Shown: piece by piece, positions 38,286 through 52,113 of the stretch | Layout of the letters: each line of letters starts with the position of its first letter | Position numbering within the stretch: the stretch's first letter is position 1 | DNA from: Callorhinchus milii | Taxonomy: Eukaryota | Direction: 5' to 3' | Assembly: GCF_018977255.1 (NCBI RefSeq) | Contig: NW_024704742.1 | Span: 3,350,001 to 3,414,000 of the forward strand | Length of the DNA stretch: 64,000 nucleotides | Position numbers and translations under genes: made by a program | Notes under the pieces: generated by a model | What the model saw: the letters and a program-made list of their open reading frames with translations, nothing else | Database searches by the model: none | Told to the model about the DNA's origin: nothing

Positions 38286-39546
38286 TAGGGTTTTGCCCTG
38301 CCTGGGAATTGAACCCAGGTCCTTTCGTTTGCGAGGCGAATGCTCTAACCGCAAAGCTACAGGACTCCAATCTTCCGGGCTGAGTGAGGAGGATCGGTGC
38401 AGATCGGTGCAGAGAAGAACCATTGTAGGCCTATCGAGACACTAGAGCTCTCTGCTAACCTGAAGCTATGATGACCACTCTGGGAACAGTGGCCAATGAC
38501 AGGGTAAATGCACCCTCTGTTTAGCTTCTTACCTCCAGAGGAAGGAAGAAAACCTCCAAACACAACGTGGAGAGAGAATAATGAGTTCATAACATATCAA
38601 TTGCTACCTTATCCGCTTGATCTGTTTCTGTTTGATACAGAAGGGCAGAAGATGCTATTAATAGGTCAGTCCCTAACACAACCCAAAGTTTTCCCCGCTC
38701 CGCAGACGCGAAAGTAAACTGACCTTTGGAAAAATGCTCTTGAACGAAACGAAGCCAAAACATGTAGCTGCTTTGCTTGGCAAGCTATTTCTAATGTGAG
38801 TTCTGACTTCATTTGTTCAGTAGGTGTGACCTGATAACGGGGCAAAGTGCCTGCCTGACAAGATACTCCAGTGTGTTTGTAAATAGGAAAATAGGGGCTG
38901 CTGATACCATGAACGCCGTGACACAACAATAGAATAGACCTTTTTTTTTAAAAAAGGACGGAAGCCATTTACACAGCGTGAGCTTAGCACACGACAATCT
39001 TTCCGAGATACTGCACGCGGTGCCAATGGAGTGGGGTATTTAGAAACAGGCTGTTACAGGAAGGAAGGCTGCCTGAAAACTCCAAGGCCAGTTGTTTATC
39101 AGAAGACTTTATATTCTCTAATAATAATAATCCTTGCATTCGGTTTAGCACGTTATCACGTCTTCGAGAAGTCTCAAAGCCCTTCCCAGAATACGCTGTA
39201 AAGTGAACTGACTGTATAATGTTTGCCTCCCAATTTTCTTTCTCGCTCTCATGAAGCTTTTTCGCTCTCAAATCATTCATTTTATTATCCAAGGGCACTG
39301 GAGAAACTTCCTTCTCTTTTCAAATAGTGCCATGGGATCTTTAACGTCCACTTGAACAGGCAGATGGGACTTTGATTTCAAGTCTCATCCAAAGAACATC
39401 ACCTCCAACAATGCAGCACACCCCCACCCCAGTACTGCACTATGTCCGTTCAAAGTCCTGACGCACGGCTGGAACTCACAACTTTCTGACAGAGGTAGAG
39501 AATGGTACCCACTGAGCCAGGCTGACGTCTGACTACTTTGACCTCA

Positions 39547-39771
<225 letters not shown>

Positions 39772-40580
39772 CTATTACGACAGGAAAAGGCAAAGCAAAA
39801 TCCTGAACATTCGTACTTCAAAAAGCATCTATACCACATCCATTGTGGGTTTCAAGAGTGAAGTAGATACAACAACAATAATTTGTATTTATAATAATAA
39901 TCCTTGCGTTACAGCGGCCTTCGCACAAGGTAGTCGTATCTCGGAGAGCTTAATAGTGGCTGTTGACACCGAGCTGGGGAGAGCGGGGAGGTCAAAGAGG
40001 AAGGTTTTCAGGTGTGATCTGAAGACAGATAGACAAACACACCGGCCTCTTGCTATCAAAGTCAGAGGTTTCTGGGACAAAAACCAAAAATGCTGTAAAT
40101 ACACAAGAGGCCAGGCCCTGAAAGAGAAAGGCAGCTTTACGTTGTGGGTGTGAAACCCCCCACCACCCCCACCGCACCCCCATCCCCCACCACTGACAGA
40201 ATTCTCCACTGATGAACCACTGGTGCAGTCGAAGAATGGAGCATTGGCTAATGATGTCGGCGCTGCTGGATGTTTCTTGATTTTTACTTTGCTTTGCGTT
40301 ATCTTGACCGAAATTAGTAGGAGGCCTTTGGAAAGGCTGGGGTGTGGGAAGGCGGGAAGCGACCATTTCACGATCAGGTTCGCGCAAAAAAAAAAGAAAG
40401 CACGTTTGAAATAGGGCGAGTCACGTTGAATACAAGCAACGAAAAGGGCTCTGAGAAATTCCAGGTGCCAACAACAACAACTTGCATTTATATAGGACCC
40501 TTCGTGCGGTGTAGCGTCTGGGAGATAGACCGCCCACCACCAAGTATGAAGGTAAAGCGCTTGACGTAAGAGGTGCTTAC

Positions 40581-40719
40581 CAATAGAGGGAGCCCCGAAC
40601 CACTGCCCGAGCTCTGCGATTGCTCGATCAGATCCTTGAGCGATTCTCCAGGAGGAATGAAGGTCTCGTCCTGCTCAATGCCCATGTTGTATCGTGGCCT
40701 GTCCTCCTGCCTCTTATAC
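40581..40719 (-). CDS. bmpr1b: bmpr1b coding exon 5 (GS domain)
   Basis: ctcag|G TAT...CTA TTG|gtaagc; 139 nt; [46 protein letters not shown]. Confidence 0.96.
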
Positions 40720-41317
40720 CTGAGCAAAACACCAAACACAAGTCGGCCTGGGTAAGTGAATAACCGAGACTTGAGTAGAACGTGTTGATTGTTGTTACTT
40801 TGTGCTTCTCTTCGTTCGTGATTCTCTTCCGTTTTCCAGCAAATAATATTTTTTTTTTTTTTTGCTCGTTCTAATCCTTACACTTAACATAACCAACGGA
40901 AGTAACGAATTACATTTGTGCAGCGTTGGACGGTCAGGGATTTGGACTCGAGCAGGGGGTTGGGGTCAGGAGGGCAGGGAGGGTGGGAGAGTGACCGAAG
41001 GCGCGGCCGAAGAGGAGGCTCTGGAGACGAGCCGCGAAGGAAGCAGTGGAGGGAGCGAGGCATAGGGCCTGTGGGATGGAGTTCCGAAAGGTAGGGGCAG
41101 AGAGGCTGAAGACTAGACCGCCGATGGCGGGGACGGCTGGATGGGGGAGGTGGAGCAGGCTGGAGCCAATTTCATGTCAAGCGGACATCTTGGAGCGTTA
41201 GAGATATACAGGATATATATTTGGATTGCTTTAAAAATTAACATTTCGCTTCCAAAAATAATATTCACTGTGTTGCATGCAATACATGCAAAACACTGGC
41301 GTTGCTGTTAGATTCAC

Positions 41318-41414
41318 CTGAAGTAGCAGAAGATAATGAGAAGGGCCAGGATAATACTGCAGACAGTGACGGAGATCAGCAATGCCATGTGATGGGTGCT
41401 TCCATCCACAAAAT
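41318..41414 (-). CDS. bmpr1b: bmpr1b coding exon 4 (transmembrane helix)
   Basis: ttcag|AT TTT...TTC AG|gtgaat; 97 nt; (D)[31 protein letters not shown](R). Confidence 0.95.
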
Positions 41415-42279
41415 CTGAAAATGGAATGGAAAGTGAGCACTGCGGGCATAATACAATACAGATATACATTTATATAGCGCCTTTCACGTCATGAGACCGT
41501 CCCAAAGTGTTTTAACAGTACTGGCTATGCACCTGAGCTGGAGTGGGAACTCGGGGGAGTGGGGAGGAGAAGGATGGCGGAAAGAGGTAGGACGTGAGAC
41601 AGATCTTGAATGAGGTGAGGGAGCGAGCGGTTTGGAGAGACTCCGGGATGGAGTTCCAAAGAGAGGCCACAAAACGGCTGAAAGCCCGTCTTCTGCCGAT
41701 TGTGGGGCAGGCGGGTGGGGGGTGGTGGTTGGGCAAAGCGTAGTGGTGGATCAGTTGCGTAACACTGTACTCCGAGCCAAACCACTGATTTAACACAAGT
41801 TCAAGTTGATTTTAAGAAGAATGATCTTTACACTTGGGACAGTGTGTTTTTTTTTGATTGGGCAAATAGGGGCAGCCAATTCTGCACACAGCAACTTCCC
41901 ACAAACAGCCGTAAAGTGAATGACCAATTTTGCAACAAGGAGTTGGCTAGGCAAGCTGTAATCTATGACTTTCACCTCTTAAAAATGGCTTTATGTTTAA
42001 GCTTAAGGGCTCAAGTCTTCATGTTTAGGTATCTTTTTCAATCCTGTCCGTTTTTTTTCCATTCGAGTTTCCCTGCGGATGTATTTTTCTTCTATTCCGC
42101 TTCGACATAAACAACTGCTAACAAATCTTTTGCACGTGGAAGGAAAGCGGACCATTGAGGTAGAAAATGCAAAGCAATGTTGCTTTTACGAGGAAATCCC
42201 AAATGTTCCTCAATTTGGAGGATCCCAAATTTTCAGAACAAAGCACTGGTACAAGAAAATGGCACAGGCATAGCCTATC

Positions 42280-42312
<33 letters not shown>

Positions 42313-45300
42313 CCCCGCATTTGGTACAGCGTCTTTCACATCAGGAGGACGTCTCAAAGCGCTTCACAAAACGTACCGGAAAGTGGAGTGAGTGATGGGC
42401 TAATTTGCACACGCACAACAACGTCCCGTAAACAGTCACAAAGGGAATGACCAGTTTTATGCGGGGAACTGTTGGTCAGGAGTCTGAGAGAAACTCCTTT
42501 CTCATTTTGAACAGTGCTACAGGGTCTTTAATGTCGGATGAGGCCTTGGTTTAACGTCTCATCTTAAACACTATGCAGCCCGCCACCAGTACTGCTCTGG
42601 AGTGTCAGCTAAGACTCTATGAGTTCCTAACACGGGGTTCGAGCCCTCAACCTTCTGACTCAAGTGCTACCAACGGAACCAAGCTGACGCCCGGCACAGT
42701 ACAACGAGAGCCCGGACCGAACAAAACCAGCGAAGTGGTAACTTTAAACAGCGATCCCACGTCCAGTCAAGCCTACAGCCCCCTCAATCACCGCTGCAAT
42801 CCTCCGCTCGTCCCTAATAAAGTAAGCAAAGGCGTCCGTTGCGTCATCTTGATCGAAGCTGATCAGGTGTATCGTCTGAAATCGTTTCGCCGAGCCCGCC
42901 AGCCGGGGCTCCGCTAACAGCAAGCAAGCCTGACTGCCGGGGCGAATGCTGAACGAGGTAAAACTGCATGAACTCTATCGCCTATTGATTTTCCGCTGGA
43001 AGAAAGCTCTCAGATTTCAGATTTACGACCGTAATGAAAAAGTTTTTTAAAAAAAAAACACAGGCCGATCCTGAGGGAGTATTCTCTTACCGTCACGCAC
43101 GCTTTCCGAAAGAATGCTCTCGTGTGATGAGTGCTCCGATGCGCGCGGTTTTATCAATACGCGAGCTGGACAAATCTTGTCCTATTACCTGCTCACAGGA
43201 CATGCGAAGCAGGGACAGTTAATTAAGAGCTTGAGGGGAAATATCGATGCTTACAGCAGAAGAAAATTTACTTGCCCCCCCCCACCACCCCCCGCCCTCA
43301 CCCACTCACTTCCCCGTAGAGCAAGATAAGTGGTGTTGCACTCTCCTGACTGAAACATTAGCTGATACTGAGAAACTACTCCAGGGAGCTGTTTTTCTCC
43401 ACATATCAGTGGCTAACATACCCGACTGCGATCTCCGTTACAGCGTTTATCAACAGCTTAGCATTTATGTGGGCCACTTGTTTCCTGTCGAAACGTGTGG
43501 TTTGTAACAAGTTTAAGATGTCAGTACCTATCAGTTCGAAACGTGGCGTAGGCTGAAAGAGAAGACCTGAAACCGGAGGGAATGACATTCGGGCTCACAG
43601 AAAGCGGAGCTAGATTTGATCGATCTTCACATCACATCGTCAGCAGGATCAGAGGAAGCCACGCAAGCACGGATAGTCTATTTATTTATAGAGCTTAAAA
43701 AAAAAGTCTGCGGGACAGAAGGAAGCCATTGAAGTCTTGCTGTTGCTTGATCCCTAACTGGAGCAATTTACTTTTCGCTCAGCGGACTCCAGCCTTTTCC
43801 ATGTCCCTTGTACCCTCCGCTCCACCATTGACAGGGGTGCTTTCAGCCACTACACCCACGAAACTCTGGAACTCTGTGGCTCAACCCCTCTACCTTGCCC
43901 CCTGCTTGCCCGGCTTCAGATCGCGCCTAACACCTTCCTGTTTAACTGTGACTATGGTGACCTCCCCTCTCTTCCTGACTTGGTATTAAGCTCCTCTATT
44001 ATTAAGCGCTCCGAGACTCCAGACCATATGCAGGGTGCTATGTGTGGTTGCGAGTTGCTGTTGGTTGTATAGTATTCGCTTTAATTTAATCCCATTCCCC
44101 AACATTTTTTCCCCACATCCTTTAAATGACGAATTGTTCGGCGTCCTGAAGTTAAGCTAATTTCCTTTTAAATGCTTTCACGACCTCGGCTTCAACTGCC
44201 ATTAGCTTCATGTTATAAACGACAGATCATTGATGCCGGGTGCCCACAGAGGAGAAGGGGGAGTTAATACACTGCAACAAATGAACACGTCTGAATGGGC
44301 AAAATCAAATCTGAGCTGCAGGGGGTGGAGAGGGGAGAAGGAATGCAGAGGAGTTCACATGTTGTCGGTGTTCCAAAGTTGGTACCAGCAAAACGGTACA
44401 TTTATGCTTAATTTCTACCCATGGTGTAAGTGGCATTGCTCAACAAAATCCTCTCTCTCCTGTGGAGCAACAATCATCGTTCAAAGTCATAACCAGTGAC
44501 CGGTGAAAAGATAAAAGTTTGCTTTTGATTCAGATTCCTGCCGCTGATTAAACATCGGGGCTAAGTGGCCAGTTTCGGCTGCGGCTGACAGCTTTGGAGG
44601 GTCTACCAAATGCCTGTCGACAAAAAAAAAACCTGTGATCTTTTTGTTAGTTTTTCTTTAAAAATGGGTGTAAACGAGCTGCTGGAATTTAGCAATAATA
44701 ATATACAATCCTTCAATTGATGTAGCACCTTTCAAGTCAGGAGGAGGTCTTAAAAGCGCTTCACAGGATATAATGTAAAGTGTAGCGACTGTGTATTTTG
44801 CAGGGGAATTCAACCAGCAGTCAGTGAAACTGGAGAACTTCCTGCAGCTTGTCCAGCTAGGACACCCTACCCTTGCGGTTGTTAGAAGACAGGATAAACC
44901 CTATATTTGTCACTGGTCGTCTGTATTTCCATGTTCCTAACTACTAGATATTGCAAGAATGCCTCACGTTGATTCAAGAAACACTGCTTAAATTCCCACT
45001 TGGCTTTACCGAAGCTCGTGTTTTTGTTTTTTACCTCACCCAGCGTTACCGTGTGCTCGTTTTCACCTAAGTGGTTTCCTACAGCTCGGGGTCTTGGTTT
45101 GCCCTTCACTTTAGACTTCGCTTCACGGCGGAGCAAACATAGATAGGAAACAAAATGGGCCGAATGGCCTCCCCGCTGTGTTGCCAAATTTCTATAGTTC
45201 TAAAAGAGCTTTTGTAGATGAATGTGGGGCAATTGAGTTAACCTGTGATACTTAGATTTGGGGGAGGAAGACGGGTGTATAACACAATGAGAAACTCTTC

Positions 45301-46059
45301 ACTGTACTTTAATAACATCCAAAAGAGAAGGGTTTCCAAATGTATCCGCCACCTACACACGAGAATTTCCCTATCTCTGGAACAGAATGTGAACGCTCCA
45401 GCTCAGCTACGTCGAGAGAGTATTGAGGTTCATGAGGCTCAGGGATCTCAGAGTGTGGGTTGGGATAACTGCTGGAGTTTGACTAGCTGAAACCACATAG
45501 CTTGCCATCGAAAGAACTGCCTGGCAAGGTTCCTGCTGCTTGTCTGGCGAGGACCACCTCTTAGGACTTTGGCTTGCAGGGTTAACAGGAGCTGAGCGGG
45601 AAGAATCCCTGCTCCCAGTGAAATGGTCTGCTTCTATTGATGAGTCGTACCGATAAGTCATCAGCGTTGCCCTGGAGCACCGCTGAGCCGCCCGGCTCAA
45701 GAACCAGACTCCTGAGACCACCACAGAGGGTGGACTTCATTCCGACGTTCCATTGTCAATTCAACTCCAAGGAGACTCAGCTTCCCTCCCAAGCCAGGGA
45801 GGATACCGAGCATTGAATACAAAATGGGGAAAGAGTGGAGGCGTGGCTGTTGAGAAAACTGAACAGAGCGTTATACTATAGGCATAATAATATTTATAAG
45901 GATGGAGATCATCTTGTTAGAAAAAGTTTCCCAAAACTGTATTGATTGTTTGGCTTTAGAGAGGATTACTGCTTGATCCAGCTGAGTCCAATATCTTTCC
46001 CGATGTGCCTGTCTGCAATCTTAGAAGAGTCTTTAAATGGGGATTAAGTTCTTGTCACT

Positions 46060-46061
<2 letters not shown>

Positions 46062-46091
<30 letters not shown>
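46062..46091. repeat. (TC)n microsatellite; also (CT)n at ~4226-4250, (TCC)n at ~5228-5265, (GTAGT)n at ~2240-2265
   Basis: visible simple repeats. Confidence 0.9.
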
Positions 46092-46092
<1 letters not shown>

Positions 46093-47634
46093 AGTTCCCT
46101 CCACTCACAGGACTTTTGAGCATCAAGAGTAAACATTTAGTTTTGCGATTCAACCCAAAAACGTAAAAACAAGAGAGCCTTCAAATTCATTTGGTCACTT
46201 GGGATAAAGGATAATAATATGTCTGGGTCGGCAATAGGATTCGACAAACGTTAGAACCGTCAAAGATTACAGCACAGACAGACAGAGGTAAATCGGTCCA
46301 TCGTTCTGCTCTCTGAAACAGCTGGCCGGTTAGCTCCGCAGTCAATCCCGCTTGTAAGCACAGAACCAGAGAAATTTACGGCACAGAAGAAGGCGATTCG
46401 GTCCATTGTGTCAACGTCAGCTGTTTTGAAGAGCAACCTCCGCTCTCATGAATGCAAAATCCTCTCTGAATCATCTTTTGGGTTGGTCTTCAAACGAACC
46501 CGATCATTGCCGGCAACAAAGTCAGAGTCGACGTTTCTCCCGGTGAATTTTACCCGTCGATCTCTGATCAGTAACAACGGCTGATTGGTACATTTCCACC
46601 TTGACTGACATTCTGCCCTCCTTCTCCACTGCCCCACCCCAACCCCCTCCCCCCCACCCCACCCCGCCCCCACTTGCTCTCTCTCTCATTCAACACCGAC
46701 AGGTCTATAGCCGGGGAGCCAGGCAACTCGGCACCACCTCCGTTACATTCACAGGAACCAGGGCAGGGAGGACAAAGCTTTCTCTCCCCCATTAACTGCA
46801 CTCAGCGTGTTCCGTATATACATATATACGTTTTATACACAGACAGAGGAGGTAGGAGAACTGCAGGACGACAGATTTATGATCACCTGTGTCTCTTAAG
46901 AGACCGTGTTCCACTGCTGCACTATAGCAGCCGGGGCCTCAGGTTCTAACAACCTCATCTCCACAGTACAGCATCTCACATTAGTATGCTTTCATCTAAG
47001 TGTTCATTAAAGTCAACAATATGCCCTTAACTGTTGTGTTGCTTGATGGAACTCTTTTCGAATAGTGCCACGGGATTTTTAACCTGAACAGGTAGACTGG
47101 ACATCGGCTTAAAGTCTCATCCAAAGGACAGCACCTCCTACAATGCATCCCCAGCACTGCATTGGAATATCATCTTAGACTTTGTGATTGTGAGTCATGA
47201 CGTGGGACTTAAACCCATAACTTTCTGACTCAAAGGCGAGCATGTTACACTGAGTCAGGCTGACATGTGAGCCAGTTTTAACCGACGCGCTTGTAATAAA
47301 TCCTTCTGACGTCTAAAATCACTACAGGATGATTCAACTCACTGCAACTGGCTCCTCAAGAGGCAATTGTAAACGGAATCAGAAATAAGGACTGACGTTT
47401 TGGCTATGTTTATCTGAGCACATGGGTGGCATATCGGAGCCAAATGTACACAAGTTTTTGCGGTTTGCTGGCGATGATTTGTGAAAGCAATTTTAAGTGG
47501 AAAGAGACACACATAAGGAAGAACCAGACCCACCAGACTGCTTATACTGGCAGTCAGCACCATTAAAGAGAAGGGACTGAAAATACCGTTAACTGCTTTC
47601 TGATCGAGGATTGCCCAGAGGTGATATTTCAATT

Positions 47635-47775
47635 ATGTTCTGAACGAAGGGTCATGGACCCGAAACGTTGACTCACTTTCCTTTCTCCTCGGATGCTGCC
47701 TGACCTGCTGAGTGTTCCCAGAGACTACTGTTGTTTTGTTTCAGATTTCCAGCATCTGCAGTATTTTGCCGTTTT
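47635..47775 (+). mobile_element. Penelope-like element terminal fragment
   Basis: GAAGGGTCATGGACCCGAAACGTTGAC...GATGCTGCCTGACCTGCTGAGT...TTTCAGATTTCCAGCATCTGCAG, a repeat end I recognise from chondrichthyan genomes; includes a hammerhead-like core. Confidence 0.6.
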
Positions 47776-49446
47776 TTTTTTTAATTATGTCTTTTGAAAA
47801 TAAAATGCCTGAGAACCAAAGGCAATCAGACCTAGGGCATCCTCCGCAGTGATTTCGGAACGCTCTTGGAGTTGTTTCAACACTCAAATAAACACAACAG
47901 GAAACTAATTGGAACATAATATAAGCCACAGATGATCTCTTGGAGTCCTCCAACACGGTTTTGCACTTTTAGCCCCTAACTCCGCATACCGCTTCTCTCT
48001 CTTTGTGTGAAGAAAAAACTCACTAAAAATAACCCGAGCAGTTATCGGAAAGGAATTTGTTTTTTTTCCATTTTGCTTGGCTGGAGGGACGGGATTTGAC
48101 GGCTAATATGGACATTCGGTAATTGTGCCAAAAAAAAACCTCCTGTAAGTAGACAATATGTCATATCCTGCCATTTGATGATGATACATATCTGGCAAAT
48201 GATACATTTCAGTGGAAGAAATGAATTGTGTGTGTCGAGCAACATTTTTACATATCAGTTAGCATAACAACAGGGGTGCAGCCAAAGTTGACTATAAGAA
48301 GGCGAGATAATAAAATGAAATTGACTTTGATGATTGCCGCGAACGGGAGAAAGCTCCTGTCAATGTCTTAGAGGACACGACCTGCGATGGAAGGGGGCTA
48401 AATTCAGAACAAATCTGCGCAAACGCTGCTTCGTTGAGCGAGTCGTAAACGTACGGAGCAGGCTCCCTAACAGAGACGGTGGAAGCAGAATGCGTCGATT
48501 GTTTCAAGGACAAGTTAAGATACGTTTCTGTTAGGAAACGATATCTCGAGATACAGAGTATAGTTTGGGACATGACGTGCGTGCGAATGCCAGGATGGTG
48601 GACGACAAACTGGATGGACCTCGGTCTTCTTTCACCGAGCAAATTCTTACGGATTTATGTTCTTATGTTCACCTGCGGCTCCGACCTCCTTGACCTCCCG
48701 GGACTGTTCCTCAGACTCGTTGAATTTTTGCGCAACCGAGACATTGGGTTCGATCCACAGCTGTCTTTTCTTCTCCAAAGAGATATGGTCGGAGGCAGGC
48801 AATGTGACAAGTACCACTGTCCTCCACCTCCATCTCATTGCCCGCCTCCGACCATATCTCGCACCTAATGCAGCTGAAACCCTCATAATAATAATCCTTG
48901 CATAGAATATACTGTAAAGTGAAAAGACTATTTTCCAACCCAGCACCGTATGTGCCACAGATACCACTTCAGATAACATGAAATGAATGAGAGCTCTTCT
49001 GTTTGTGGCTCAGAAACCACCACCCAAAAGATAACAAGATTGGTTGAGATGAAGAAGGCTCTTCAAGCCTTTTGATCTCATCCTTCTGCAAAACCCACTC
49101 TACCAACAACAACGCCAAGCTGTGTTTTTAAATGAGTCCTGGCCTCAACCACCTTTCCTAGCAAAACCCGTTCCAGTCATTAATTACCCTCTGGGTAAAC
49201 AAAAAACTTTCCTGGAATCTGTCCTGAAATTGCCCTTTTCAACTCTAAACCTACGCCCTCTTGTTCTACTGTCTTAGTGGGTCCTAAAGTATCGATATGG
49301 GTTGACTTTTTCAATCCCATTTAAATCTAACATTTTCAATCTGTCAGGTCTTCTCTGAGATATGTCCTTTCCTATTTGAGCTCCGGCTGCTTCATGCTTG
49401 TGTGTCTATGTACGCGTGTTTGTGTGTTCGTGAGAGAAAGTCTTAC

Positions 49447-49549
49447 CTTGGTTGCTCTGAGGCGGAAGTGTGGGGTGAAGGTCACGATTGCAGAAGTCCC
49501 GTTCTGTGCAGCATTCGATGGCCCTCCGCTGAGATGACTTTGGGGTATC
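49447..49549 (-). CDS. bmpr1b: bmpr1b coding exon 3 (ectodomain Cys box)
   Basis: tggag|GAT...CAA G|gtaaga; 103 nt; [34 protein letters not shown]. Confidence 0.93.
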
Positions 49550-50330
49550 CTCCAAGGGAGAAATAAAAAGGAAGAACACTTTGACAATGGGTGACCTGGT
49601 AAGAAATTGAGATCTCACTGCTAAATGTATACTTATTCTCCTCTTTTAAGAAAAAAAATACAAGGTCTAAATTGCAAATATTTCCCAACAGATTCAACGT
49701 GTTACCCCCATTGGCACAAATCCCAGATAACAGCGCCCATGGCTTTTGCACCAGGTTTGGGTAATGCTGCAATTCAGATTTCAGAGGTTATTTGTAAAAC
49801 ACATTTTATCCCCGTTCCTTCCATAAGAAGCACCGCAATATTAATCCCAGCGTTGTTTTCCTTCTGCCTGACCGGCACTTGCGCTCACATCCTAGAACTA
49901 TTGTATTGAACGACCCTTCACCTGAATTTGTTGTGGATTTCCCTGAGTTGGAAAACCTTTGACTAAGAGCCGAATAAAATGAGGCACACCCATTGGACGG
50001 TGTGTGGTTTGAACTTTGAAAGGGTGAAGCGAACCAGTGTGTTTACAAGCTCCGCTGGTTATATTGACTGGCGAGTCCCTAATTGTGATCCTTCTGAGGC
50101 GCTCGTTAAGGGCGCTATATAAATGCAAGTTGTTGTTGTTGATGCCTGGGCCCAGTTTCTAATCAGTGGACGACTGTCCTTACGTTGATCCTTTTATAGT
50201 CAACAGCATCTGACAATTTAAGAGTGGGGCACCTTGAACAGAACCTCTCATGTGGATGGAGGAAGGACGGGGCTCGTCGGGAAGTCACTGAGAAACGTTC
50301 AAGCAGGATCGGTGCAATAAAGTTACTTAC

Positions 50331-50433
50331 CCGGCACTGAAAGTCAGAGCCTTCTTTACCCAGGCACCCGGATGTGATCACGTGGCCTCCCCACTCGTCT
50401 TCTTCCATTATCGTGAAACAGTAGCCATCGGTC
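50331..50433 (-). CDS. bmpr1b: bmpr1b coding exon 2 (ligand-binding ectodomain)
   Basis: ttcag|G ACC...TGC CGG|gtaagt; 103 nt; [34 protein letters not shown]. Confidence 0.95.
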
Positions 50434-50476
50434 CTGAAGAAATAAAAAGGAATGTTAATCGCACAGCGCCCACCTT

Positions 50477-50719
50477 CTAACCTCTCCAGCCTCTCCTCGC
50501 GACAAGCCCTAACCTCTCCAGCCTCTCCTCGCAACAAGCCCTAACCTCTCCAGCCTCTCCTCGCAACAAGCCCTAACCTCTCCAGCCTCTCCTCGCAACA
50601 AGCCCTAACCTCTCCAGCCTCTCCTCGCAACAACCCCTAACCTCTCCAGCCTCTCCTCGCAACAAGCCCTAACCTCTCCAGCCTCTCCTCGCAACAACCC
50701 CTAACCTCTCCAGCCTCTC
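50477..50719. repeat. 32-bp minisatellite, ~7.6 copies
   Basis: unit CCCTAACCTCTCCAGCCTCTCCTCGCAACAAG; TAACC recurs at 50478, 50510 ... 50702. Confidence 0.95.
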
Positions 50720-52113
50720 TTCATCGCAAGTCCCAGCCTCGGAACCCAAGCACCACTTCTTGCTCCTGTACCAATCCTGTCCATAATATTATTGGTTTCA
50801 TATTAGCAAGTGGGATCCAATCTACAGGATTTCTTCACAGATTTCACAACAGGAGCTATGTAATTACTGAATCTCTATTCAAAATCCCTCAGCACATGAG
50901 GTATTTATATAGCTGAGCGCTAATTAATCATCTCATATTAATAAATCTGTCAAGATGCATCGTGTTAGACACTATTCAATGCAGCACATGCTTTCATATG
51001 AGCAATGTCAACATTTTCCAGAGAGCTGGAACTATAACTTCTGAATCTATTTCCAGCCCCACCCCAGCCCCAACCACTAACACCTCATTTTTTGGCAGAA
51101 ACAATAGCTTCCTGAATGCAGGATAGCTTCAGTCTGTGCAGACCATTTCTCTGTGGCATGCTGGTGGACATCATTTCTTATCCTTTGTTTTTTTACACAT
51201 GTTTTTTTTCCATTAGCAACCTGTCCGCTCCTTCCACTCAGCGGGCTCTGGCCTGCTTCACGTCCCCCGCCTTGCCCGCACCCACCATTGGCAGGCGGGC
51301 CTTCAGCCTCTCTGCTCCCACCCTCTGGAACTCCATCCCGCAGTCCCTCCACCTCCTTCAAGACCCATCTCAAGACCCTCATCTTCAACTGTGACTTTGG
51401 TCACCCTCCTACCCCTACCTTCCCCGCTCTCCACCCCTCCTGATCCCAACCACCAGCTTGGGTGCGTATCCCTGAACGTCCAGTGCCGTGAGACGTCCTC
51501 CTGACGTGAAAGGTGCTGTACACTTGTAATTTGTTGTTGTTGTTGTTGTGTACCATCACAAATTCACCGACTCAGCAACGCATTTCCCGCAAGCGAAAGA
51601 AACTGCGATGTTTAAAGAGATTTGACCAACCTCAAGCCTATCATCACCATGTGTTTGGGGGGAGGGGGCTAAGAATCCAGCCTGATGGCAGCCTTGAAAT
51701 CTGAATGAACTCCGCCGTGGATTTGATCCAGTTATTTCCCACAGACAGACTCTACATTTCAGACACTCTGATCAGATGAGCCCTAAAAAAAACCTCGCCA
51801 CCCCCATCCCCACAAGACCGTCGACTGCAAATGTTACCCGTTCACTTTGTGTTAACAGATACTTGGGATTTTTTCCAGCGCAGTCTGCGGAAACCCATCA
51901 CCGCGCTTAAGAGTATCCAGACCGACAATTCCATGTATCCCACCTACACGCGGACATCCCTGAGATAGATTGCTGCAATGGAACGCGCTCTCTTTCTCCC
52001 TGGAGGAACGCATCCTGCTGACCTAATTCCAGAAAGTATTAGGCACACAGGTTGGCAAGAGCCAAGGCTTGAAAGGTCAATGCGGAAAGTGGATGTGGGT
52101 AATTTTAACTTAC

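Noticed and set aside
50477..50719. CRISPR-like array (32-bp repeats)
   Set aside because: Units are head-to-tail with no unique spacers, there are no cas genes, and the context is a vertebrate intron
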